A stretch of DNA of 64,000 nucleotides from Pirellulales bacterium. GTDB taxonomy: Bacteria > Planctomycetota > Planctomycetia > Pirellulales > UBA1268. Location: assembly GCA_018401745.1 (NCBI GenBank), contig JAGYJY010000008.1:31699-95698 (forward strand), in the 5' to 3' direction. Under the pieces are notes generated by a model. That model was given only the letters and a program-made list of their open reading frames with translations, had not been told where the DNA came from and did no database searches. A program made the position numbers and the translations under genes. Shown in pieces: positions 18,826 through 26,974 of the stretch. The first letter of the stretch is position 1, and every line of letters starts with the position of its first letter.

Positions 18826-19098
18826 TCAACGCTGCTGCATGTATTCCTCAACACGCTCCGCTTTGCGGAGCAGGTAGGGGACATATTCGCCCGTCGACTC
18901 CACGAAACGCCCGAAGGTGGCAAGCTGCTGCTCAAACTCCTCGGAAAACTTCTGGTGCTCCTGGTCGCGCCAGGTCGAGCCGAGATGCTGGAGCTGCCGC
19001 TGCACGGTCTGCATGTGCGTCATCACCTCGCCGCTGAAATGCTTGAGACGCGCCGCGAATCGGCGAAGTTCATCCGGATCGACGATGGCCTGTCCCAT
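18826..19098 (-). CDS. Small helical WXG100-like protein (90 aa)
   Basis: MGQAIVDPDELRRFAARL... follows the ESAT-6/WXG100 layout: an N-terminal 'I.VDP..L..fA' helix, a central W43-R-D45 turn where WXG normally sits, then F..EF and a second helix. Confidence 0.65.
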   Translation of the reverse strand: MGQAIVDPDELRRFAARLKHFSGEVMTHMQTVQRQLQHLGSTWRDQEHQKFSEEFEQQLATFGRFVESTGEYVPYLLRKAERVEEYMQQR

Positions 19099-19275
19099 CT
19101 GCTGCTCCTGTGTCGCTGGCGTTTACCGGTGCTGCGCTTGCCCCATTGGGCCCCATCGGGCACTGTACCCGAGGGCACTGTGCCCGGAACGTTCCCTGGG
19201 CAACCCCTGCCGTCATGATATCGTGGTCAGTGACATCCTTGATACCCCGTGCGTCTCCTCCAGGAGTGTTCTGCC

Positions 19276-20175
19276 ATGGCCACCGCCGACACATCGCCGT
19301 CGCGGCCCGCGACCCCACCAGCCGAAGCCCGAGGCCACGCCCATGGCCATGCTCCTGCGACCGCAAGCGAGGTGTCGCTGGAACCGTCGCATGGCTGGCA
19401 TGTCAGCCACTTCTTCTACCGTTTCGACCGCGACAAACTCGCGGCGATGCCCGAAGCGGCCCGTCGCGCTGGCGGTGAGGCCTTCGTGGCGGCCCTTGCC
19501 AACGAAGGCGACACGGCAGTGCGTCGGCTGCAGACCTGGATCGTGCCGGGCCACAAGGCTGATTTTGCCGTCATGCTGATGGACCCCTCGCCGCTGCGTG
19601 TGGAGGCGGTGCACCAGCGGTTGATGGCAGGGCCGCTGGGACCGGCGATGACGCCCTCGTGGTCGTTTATTGGCCTGACCGAGGTCAGCGAGTATCTGCC
19701 GAATGCCGAGCAGTATGGCGAGCGGCTGATCGAAGAAGGGGAAACCCGCGACAGCCCAACCTTCAAGGCGAAGGTGCAGGGCTACGCGGCTCGTGAGGCC
19801 GGCATGCGGAAGGCCCGCATCGAGCCCGATCTGCCCTCATGGCCAAACGCCTGCTTCTACCCGATGAACAAAAAGCGGAAGGTCGGGGAGAACTGGTTTT
19901 CGCTCCCGCTCGAAGAGCGAACCCGACTGATGGCCGAACATGGCCGCAGCGGGATGAAGTTTGGTGGCCGCGTCTCCCAGCTGATCACCGTCAGCGTCGG
20001 CCTCGACGACTGGGAATGGGGTGTCACCCTCTGGGCCAGCCGGCCCGATTATCTCAAAGAGATCGTCTACACGATGCGGTTTGACGAGGCGAGCGCCCGC
20101 TACGCTGAGTTCGGACCTTTTTACACCGGCTACGTGGCAAGCCCAGCGGAGATTCTGGCCCACTGCAGTGTGTGA
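19276..20175 (+). CDS. Chlorite dismutase-family protein (HemQ/ChdC-like)
   Basis: HGWHVSHFFYRFD, FAVMLMDPS, FYPMNKKR, GLDDWEWGVTLWA are characteristic of the Cld/HemQ family. ATG at 19276. Confidence 0.8.
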   Translation: MATADTSPSRPATPPAEARGHAHGHAPATASEVSLEPSHGWHVSHFFYRFDRDKLAAMPEAARRAGGEAFVAALANEGDTAVRRLQTWIVPGHKADFAVMLMDPSPLRVEAVHQRLMAGPLGPAMTPSWSFIGLTEVSEYLPNAEQYGERLIEEGETRDSPTFKAKVQGYAAREAGMRKARIEPDLPSWPNACFYPMNKKRKVGENWFSLPLEERTRLMAEHGRSGMKFGGRVSQLITVSVGLDDWEWGVTLWASRPDYLKEIVYTMRFDEASARYAEFGPFYTGYVASPAEILAHCSV

Positions 20176-20200
20176 AGCACATCGCAGCGAGCACCGCAGC

Positions 20201-21001
20201 TCAACGACCATCCGCCGTGACGGCCGAGAAGACCAGCTCCACTGGCGTGCCGCGGGGCGGGACGCGGCTGTCGAAGACCTCAAAGAGCAACGCTTCGTTG
20301 GACTGCGAGCTGGCGATGGGCAGGTCGAGCATCGCGGTCGGGAAGTTCGACACGCAGACCAGGTCGCCACCATCGGCCTGATAATATTCCTCGCCCGTGG
20401 CCTCGTCTCGCCAAAACAAACTGCCCGCAAAGACCCAGTCGGTCTCCAGCGGCTTGCCTGTGCGGGTGTTGCGGACCCAGTCCTTGGCATCCCGCTTCTG
20501 AGGCTTGCCTTCGGCATCGGTCCACCGCACCTCAACACGCACCTGCGGGCCTCGCGCGGCACGATACTCCGGTGCGAACTGCACCGGCTCTCCGGGCTGC
20601 ATGCCGATCGCCAACAGACCGGTGTGCACCAGCCGCGCAGACGCATCGACCACCACCACCGATTCGTGCTCTTTCGTACGCCGCGGACAGGCAAAAAACT
20701 CAATCTGGCCCCGCTGCAGCGCCACCTCACCGCCGACCACCACCTGCCCGGCGTCACGATCCAGCCAGACCTTTTCCGTCGGCGAAAGCCGGCTCATCTC
20801 GGGATGCGGATCAGGAGCCGCGGTCGCTTCCGCTGAGGCCTCGTCGTCCGCGTGGGCCAGAGCAGGGCAGAGGATCAGGCCGCTCATCACAGCGACCACT
20901 GCCGCTCCACGCATCAGCGATCGCCACCAGAACACCACGGTTCTCGCGGCTGGCCGGCCCCTCAAAGCGTGCTTGGTGTGACGTCGCAGTCGCACAGTCA
21001 T
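20201..21001 (-). CDS. Secreted YdjY-domain-like protein
   Basis: Signal peptide (AAVVAVMSGLILCPALAHA), then a conserved-looking body (IEFFACPRRTKEHESVV, HTGLLAIGMQPG, ADGGDLVCVSNFPTAMLD). Start uncertain: 21001, 21019 or 20914. Confidence 0.6.
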   Translation of the reverse strand: MTVRLRRHTKHALRGRPAARTVVFWWRSLMRGAAVVAVMSGLILCPALAHADDEASAEATAAPDPHPEMSRLSPTEKVWLDRDAGQVVVGGEVALQRGQIEFFACPRRTKEHESVVVVDASARLVHTGLLAIGMQPGEPVQFAPEYRAARGPQVRVEVRWTDAEGKPQKRDAKDWVRNTRTGKPLETDWVFAGSLFWRDEATGEEYYQADGGDLVCVSNFPTAMLDLPIASSQSNEALLFEVFDSRVPPRGTPVELVFSAVTADGR

Positions 21002-21109
21002 CGTGGTGTTTCCGTCCATGCCGACCGCACCTCCAGGCCTCGCTGTCCCCTTGCCACCGGCTGCCGTGTTGTACCATACGTCGCGACTGCCCCCGCGAGG
21101 AGAGAAGCG

Positions 21110-22871
21110 ATGCCATCCGGCACGACCGAAGCACCCGAAGCCGCCCACCCCACAGCAGACGAAGCAGAGCCAGCGGCGGAGGCCACGGCACAGCCACGCA
21201 CAGCCCGGCAGTGGCGTCCTGGCAAGTCGCTGGTGAGTCGCCGGCTTGAGGCTCTGGCTCTGCGGGCAACGGTGCCGGCACATCGGCAGCAGTGTGCCAA
21301 GCTCGCTCGGCGACTCCAGGCCACGGCTGGCTCAGCGAAGCGGGCAGGGCGGATCGACGCGGCCGTTGCAGCCCTGCTGGCCGACGCTGACACGGGCTCG
21401 GCCGATGGCCTGCTGCTGCTCGAAGCAGCCACCTGGGTCGTTGCCTGGCGGCAGGGCTCCAAGCATGCCGGCAGCACCGCTTCGCTGGAAGCCACGCTGC
21501 TCGCCGAGGCCGACGAGGCAGAGGCCCGCCTGAGTGATGGCGACACCGCCGGCGGTGCATTCGTGCTCGCGGCGAGCCGCCTGCTGCAGGTGAGAACCGG
21601 CAAGCAACGCAGCCTGGCGGAGGCGAGTGTCTGGACCGCCTGCGAGGCGGAGATTATGAGACTCGTCACCTCCTCAGGCGTCGTGTCGCTCGACGACTCA
21701 GCGGCTGTCGTCAGCCGTGTTGCCCGCTGGACCCACATCCGAGATACCGCTGCAGCCGCCGCCAAGGGGGCCAAGGCAAAGCAGGCGTTTGCCCGCAAGG
21801 CTGAGCAACGCTGGAAGAAAGCGATCGCTGCCGCGTTGCGGCTGCTGGGCCCTGGCGGAAAGCCAGTCCCGACAAGCGACACGGCACGGCTCCCGGCCGT
21901 GTTCGGTGATGCGATCGTCCAGGCCGCCGCCCGCCACGGCGGCAAAGCAGTCCGCAAGGCGGCGTCGCTGCTTCGGCTCCCATCGCAAAAGCGGCCCAAG
22001 CGTGAAGCTGGGGCGGTCGACCTCAACCTCGATGATCGCCAGGCAGCAGTCATCGTGCTTCGCAGCAGCTGGCAGGGGCGGCCGATGCGGGTCTTGCTCG
22101 ACTATCGCAGCGAGCAGCCACACCTCGAGGTGGCAGCTGGCAGCCGGATGCTTCTGCACGGCCCATGGCAGTGGCAGGTGCATTCCGGACGTGAACGCCT
22201 CTCCGCCGAGGGACCCTGGACCGTCAGCCACCACGAGGAAGACGACGACGTCACCCTTCTGGTGATTGCCGCGATGCTCACCGGCGGCCTGCGGCTTGAG
22301 CGGCATCTGCTGCTTGGCCGAGCGGATCGCGTGATGCTGCTGGCCGATGCGGTGGTCGACGCTGGCGGCGACCAGGCTCCCACGGGCCTGTCCTACCGAG
22401 GCAGCCTGCCGGTCGCGGCTGGCTGCGACGTAACAGCCGCCGCCGAGACCCGCGAGCTGACCATCGCCGATACCAAGCCCCAGGCGATGCTGATGCCGCT
22501 GGCCTTGCCGGAGTGGAACTGCGGACACACAGAACACACCTGGGGCTGGCAGGCGAGCAGCCGAGCGATCCAGCTCGAACAGCGGTCGCCCGTGCGACGG
22601 CTCTTCGCGCCGGTCTGGGTCGACCTGGAAGCCCGCCGCTTTCGCACCCAGGTCACCTGGCGGCAGCTGACGGTCGCCGACACCCGCGTGATTCTGCGGC
22701 CCGAGCAGGCGGCCGGCTTCCGCATCCAGGCTGCACTCACCCAGTGGCTGCTCTACCGGTCGCTCGACGAACCCCGCAACCGTACCTTCCTCGGCTGCAA
22801 CCTTTCCAGCTTCTTTCGGCTGGGCAAAGCTGGGCGACGACGGACTCGTTTCACAGATGGCCGAATGGTAG
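21110..22871 (+). pseudogene. Large hypothetical protein (possibly heparinase II/III-like C-terminal region); 3' end probably frame-shifted into yggS
   Basis: ATG 21110 is preceded by GAGGAGAG. The sequence is protein-like throughout. As sequenced it reads in frame into yggS. Removing one T from the run at 22814-22816 gives ...SSFFGWAKLGDDGLVSQMAEW and a TAG at 22869-22871. Confidence 0.5.
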
Positions 22872-23635
22872 ACGCTTTTTCTCAAGCCCCTGCCGAAGCG
22901 GCTGACCCCCGCACCGCCCGACTGCGAGCAAACCTCGCTGCGGTTCGCGGTCGCGTGGCCGATGCCTGCGGCAGGGCGGGCAGAAATCCAGACGATGTGC
23001 GTATTGTCGGCGTGAGCAAATACGTGTCTGCCGACGACACTGCCCGCCTCGTCGACTGCGGCCTTCGTGATCTCGGCGAAAGCCGCCCGCAGCTGCTCTG
23101 GGAAAAAGCAGAGGCTCTCGCCAGCCATCCACAAACTCCGCGGTGGCACATGATCGGCCACCTGCAGCGAAACAAACTTCGCCGCACCCTGCCGCTGCTC
23201 TCGCTGCTGCATTCACTCGACAGCCATCGGTTGGCGACGGCGATCTCGGAGGAGGCCGCCAAATCGGGCACGTCTTGCAACGTGCTGATCGAGGTCAATC
23301 TCACCAGTGATCCCGGCCGAACGGGCGTCAGCTTTGCCGAGCTTGAGCCACTCGCCGAGGCTGTCGCTGCCAGCAGTGCGATGCAGCTGTGCGGCTTGAT
23401 GGGGATGGCTGACAGGCCTGACCGGCCGGGCGACTCACCGCGAACACAGTTTGCCCGGCTTCGTGAGGCTCGCGACCGGCTGCAGAGCCTGTTTGCTCCA
23501 CCCACCACTCCCGGTCATGTACGTGGCGAACTCTCGCTCGGCATGAGCGGCGACTTTGAAGAGGCCATCCTCGAGGGGTCGACGATGGTGCGGATCGGCT
23601 CCGTGCTCTGGGAAGGGTTGCTGCCCGAAAGCTGA
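22865..23635 (+). CDS. yggS: YggS-family pyridoxal-phosphate homeostasis protein
   Basis: VRIVGVSKYV (PLP Lys), DLGESRPQ, WHMIGHLQRNK, SLGMSGDFEEAI, VRIGSVLW. Confidence 0.85.
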   Translation: MVDAFSQAPAEAADPRTARLRANLAAVRGRVADACGRAGRNPDDVRIVGVSKYVSADDTARLVDCGLRDLGESRPQLLWEKAEALASHPQTPRWHMIGHLQRNKLRRTLPLLSLLHSLDSHRLATAISEEAAKSGTSCNVLIEVNLTSDPGRTGVSFAELEPLAEAVAASSAMQLCGLMGMADRPDRPGDSPRTQFARLREARDRLQSLFAPPTTPGHVRGELSLGMSGDFEEAILEGSTMVRIGSVLWEGLLPES

Positions 23636-23649
23636 GAGGTGCGGCCGCT

Positions 23650-24130
23650 TCATTCGTCGAATCGCACTTCGAGGATCTCAAAACGGCTCGTGCCAGCCGG
23701 CACCTCGATCTCGACGGTCTCTCCAATTTTTCGACCGAGGAGGCCCTTGGGCGAGCGGGCTCGCCACGTTGATCTTCCCGGCGTCGTAGTCTTCCTCGCC
23801 AGCTCCTACGAGGACAAACTCTTCGTTGTCGCCAAAGTCGAGATCCTTCACGACCACCGTCGCGCCGAAGACCACTTCGCCTGTCGCCTCCTTGGGCCGC
23901 TCCACGAGCACCGCCCGGGCGAGCTTGTCGCGGAGCACGTTGATCTTGGCCTGCAGCATGCCCTGACTCTCGCGAGCCCCGTGGTATTCGGCGTTTTCGC
24001 TGAGGTCACCCTCACTCCGGGCATCGGCGATTCGCTTGGCAACCACGGGCATTTCCACGGTCTCAAGGTGATCGACCTCAGCCTTCAGCTTGTCGTAGCC
24101 GTTTTTGGTCATGGGAATGCGATCAGACAT
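23650..24130 (-). pseudogene. greA: Transcription elongation factor GreA, frame broken by one extra base
   Basis: N-terminus MTKNGYDKLKAEVDHL...GDLSENAEYH is canonical. After SPLAQG the frame yields junk, but deleting one C of the CCC at 23744-23746 restores LLGRKIGETVEIEVPAGTSRFEILEVRFDE and a stop at 23650-23652. Confidence 0.85.
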
Positions 24131-24229
24131 CTCTCTCTCCTCAGTGCGCTCTCACACGAGAGCGTAAATCTCAACAGTGCTATCGCGAGAACCCGCACCA
24201 GCCGTGCGTCGCGACAAAGGAGACGCGAT

Positions 24230-24961
24230 CTACGCGTCTTCCGCAGACGATCGTGTGTCGCCCGAATACAACAGCCTGCCACAACTGCGGCAGGCAACAA
24301 GTCGGCCGAGGATCAGTTCTGAGAGCATGTTTCCGGTGATCTTCTGGAAGCACCCTCCACAGCTCTCTCCCTCAACGGCAGCCAAACCGTCAGCTCCCTT
24401 GCCCCGCACCACGCGGTCGTAGGTGCTGCGGACGTCTGCTGCCAACTCGCCTTCGGCCTCCGCCAGACTGGCCCCGACGCGGGTCAGCTCTCCTTCGATC
24501 TCAGACTTCTCCTGCGACACCACGGCTTCCTTGCCGGAGAGCCGCTCGCGGGCAGCAGAGACGAGCTGTTCGGCCGCAGGGGCCTCCGCCTTGGCCGCAT
24601 CTGCTCGCTCAAGCAGTTCCAGGATCTCATCCTCAAGCACCCGGCTCGCCATCTGATCGGCGGCGATCTGCTCTTCAAGGGTTTGATACTCGCGATTCGT
24701 CTTGCAGGCGTTTCGCTTTCCCTCAAGGTCGACGATCTTCTGTTCAGCCGATCGCAGCTGCAGCTGTTTCTGGTCAGCCTGCATCCGCAGCCCTTTGGCA
24801 CGCTGCAGAATCTCCGCCAGGCTCGCCTCAGCCGTGGCCAGCTGCAGTTTGCACGCCTTCACCTGACGGGGCCCTGCCTCCAGCCGACCATGCAAATCAG
24901 ACAGCTGCTGATGATGGCGGTGGAGTGTGCGGAGTGTGTTGGTGACCGAAGTCGTGGCCAT
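24230..24961 (-). CDS. Coiled-coil protein with a C-terminal C4 zinc ribbon (COG1579-like)
   Basis: Long coiled coil, a TNREYQTLEEQI motif, and a terminal CGGC...CRSCGRLL zinc ribbon. ATG at 24961. Confidence 0.75.
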   Translation of the reverse strand: MATTSVTNTLRTLHRHHQQLSDLHGRLEAGPRQVKACKLQLATAEASLAEILQRAKGLRMQADQKQLQLRSAEQKIVDLEGKRNACKTNREYQTLEEQIAADQMASRVLEDEILELLERADAAKAEAPAAEQLVSAARERLSGKEAVVSQEKSEIEGELTRVGASLAEAEGELAADVRSTYDRVVRGKGADGLAAVEGESCGGCFQKITGNMLSELILGRLVACRSCGRLLYSGDTRSSAEDA

Positions 24962-25174
24962 GGCAGGATTCCCCAGGAAAAAGGAGACCCGCGAGCCTCC
25001 GCTGGGCAAATCCTACCAGATCGATGACACCGCTCCCATCACCTGCCGACGGGGATCGCGGAGACGCAGCCGCCATACGCCTCGCGGCCAGAACTGGCAC
25101 CATCACATGCCGGCGTCGCCTCCGGCCCGGCAGCCTCTCCATGCTGAAGAGGCTGCCGCACCGACAAGGCGTGG

Positions 25175-26890
25175 TCAGCCGACACCCGACGCCAAGAAGT
25201 TTTCCAGCTGCTTCGAGCGAACAGGGTGCTGCAGCTTCTTGACGGCCTTGGCCTCAATCTGCCGCACCCGCTCGCGAGTGACGCGGAAGATCCGCCCAAC
25301 TTCCTCGAGCGTGTAGGTGTAGCCATCGCCGAGGCCATACCGCAGCCGAATGATCTCACGCTCGCGATAGGTGAGCGTCTTTAGCAAGGATTCAATGCGA
25401 TCCTTCAGGAGCCCATGGGTTGCCGAGAACACCGGGGTGGGCGTGGCCTCATCCTGAACAAACTCACTGAAGCTCGCGTCTTCACTCTCGCCGATCGGGC
25501 GATCGAGACTCATCGGCTGCCGGCCCATGTCGAGCACGCGGCGAGCTTCCTCAAGAGGCACATCAGCTGCCTGCGAGATCTCTTCGTAGGTCGGCTCCCT
25601 GCCGAGATCGTGCAGCAGTTTCTTGGCTGTCGACCGCAGCTTTGAGAGCACATCGATCATGTGCACCGGGATGCGGATCGTCCGCGCCTGATCGGCGATG
25701 GCCCTGGTGATCGCCTGCCGAATCCACCAGGTGGCATACGTCGAGAACTTGAAGCCGCGGCGATACTCATACTTGTCGACCGCCCGCATCAGGCCGGTGT
25801 TGCCCTCTTGGATGAGGTCGAGAAACGACAGCCCACGATTGCGGTATTTCTTCGCAATCGACACAACGAGCCGCAGATTGGCGGCGGAGAGATTCCGCTT
25901 GGCCGCCTCAAAATCCTTCTGCAGCTGCTCAAGCGAAGCCACGCGGGCCCTCAGCGACCGCGGGCTCTCGAGCGTCAGCAGCATCAGGTCGCGGAGTTCT
26001 TTCCGCATGTCGGCAATATCGTCTCGTGACGCAGCGGAAGCCTCGTCGTCAGCAGCGCGGATCGTCCGCAGATCCTGCTGGAGCCGATCCATCTGCCCGC
26101 TCATCCCGCGAAGCAGCCGCACCAGCGGCTGAACGCGTCGCATTCGCAGGCTCAGCTCTTCCACAAGCTGCAGCGACTTGCCACGACGCCGACGGAAACG
26201 CCGACGTGCCAATGCGGCCTCGTCCTTGGACGTCTTGGTGCTGATCAGCTGGCGGAAGTCGGCTTTGCTCTCCTGCATCAGCCGATCGAGCGTGGCCAGA
26301 TTGTGCGGCATCCGCGACTGGATCTGCTCTTTTGTCAGCCGCTCGGTGAGCGACACCTTGATGGTACGGTCAAACGGCAGCTTGCCTTCGTGGACCTTGT
26401 GGAGAGTGTCAACCGTGGTCTGCAGGCTGTAGGCACATCCCAGGATCGCCCGCCGGAACCGCTTCCTCGTCACTTCGATCCGCTTCGCGAGGGCGATCTC
26501 TTCGTCTCTCGAGAGCAGCGGGATCTCCGCCATCTGCGAGAGATACATGCGGATCGGGTCGTTGCCCGCATTGGAAGGCGGCGTGGTGATCGCCTCATCC
26601 CGCTTGGACTTCGCCTTGGGCTTGGGCTTTTCGGAAACGGGCTTCGCAGCGGAGAGGACCGCCTCAGCAGGCGGTTCCGCGCGAACGGCTTCCGGGGGCG
26701 GGGTGTCGACGAGGTCGATGCCTCGCTCTTCGAGCGCCACGAGCAGAGCATCGATCTTCTCAGGATCAACAGCCTCGTCTGGGAGGTAGGTGTTGACCTG
26801 ATCGTACGTGAGATACCCCTGGGCCGTGCCGGTCGCGATCAACGCCTGCAGATCATGGTCGCTGCAGCTTGTTGAAGGGTCGTGACTCAT
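25175..26890 (-). CDS. rpoD: Primary RNA polymerase sigma factor (sigma-70)
   Basis: Regions 1.2 through 4 are recognisable ([77 protein letters not shown]). ATG 26890 is preceded by AAGGAG. Confidence 0.9.
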   Translation of the reverse strand: MSHDPSTSCSDHDLQALIATGTAQGYLTYDQVNTYLPDEAVDPEKIDALLVALEERGIDLVDTPPPEAVRAEPPAEAVLSAAKPVSEKPKPKAKSKRDEAITTPPSNAGNDPIRMYLSQMAEIPLLSRDEEIALAKRIEVTRKRFRRAILGCAYSLQTTVDTLHKVHEGKLPFDRTIKVSLTERLTKEQIQSRMPHNLATLDRLMQESKADFRQLISTKTSKDEAALARRRFRRRRGKSLQLVEELSLRMRRVQPLVRLLRGMSGQMDRLQQDLRTIRAADDEASAASRDDIADMRKELRDLMLLTLESPRSLRARVASLEQLQKDFEAAKRNLSAANLRLVVSIAKKYRNRGLSFLDLIQEGNTGLMRAVDKYEYRRGFKFSTYATWWIRQAITRAIADQARTIRIPVHMIDVLSKLRSTAKKLLHDLGREPTYEEISQAADVPLEEARRVLDMGRQPMSLDRPIGESEDASFSEFVQDEATPTPVFSATHGLLKDRIESLLKTLTYREREIIRLRYGLGDGYTYTLEEVGRIFRVTRERVRQIEAKAVKKLQHPVRSKQLENFLASGVG

Positions 26891-26974
26891 CGGCGTGTTC
26901 TCCTTCGCCATCATACCGTCACCCACGCTTTTGCCATCCCAATCGAAATGGCATCGGCCTGGGCCGGGCATCCT

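Noticed and set aside
20852-21109. Upstream 86 codons of the 927-aa ORF as coding sequence
   Set aside because: This segment overlaps the YdjY-like gene on the other strand and translates to His/Arg/Ser-rich junk. A good ATG with a GAGGAG-like site is at 21110.
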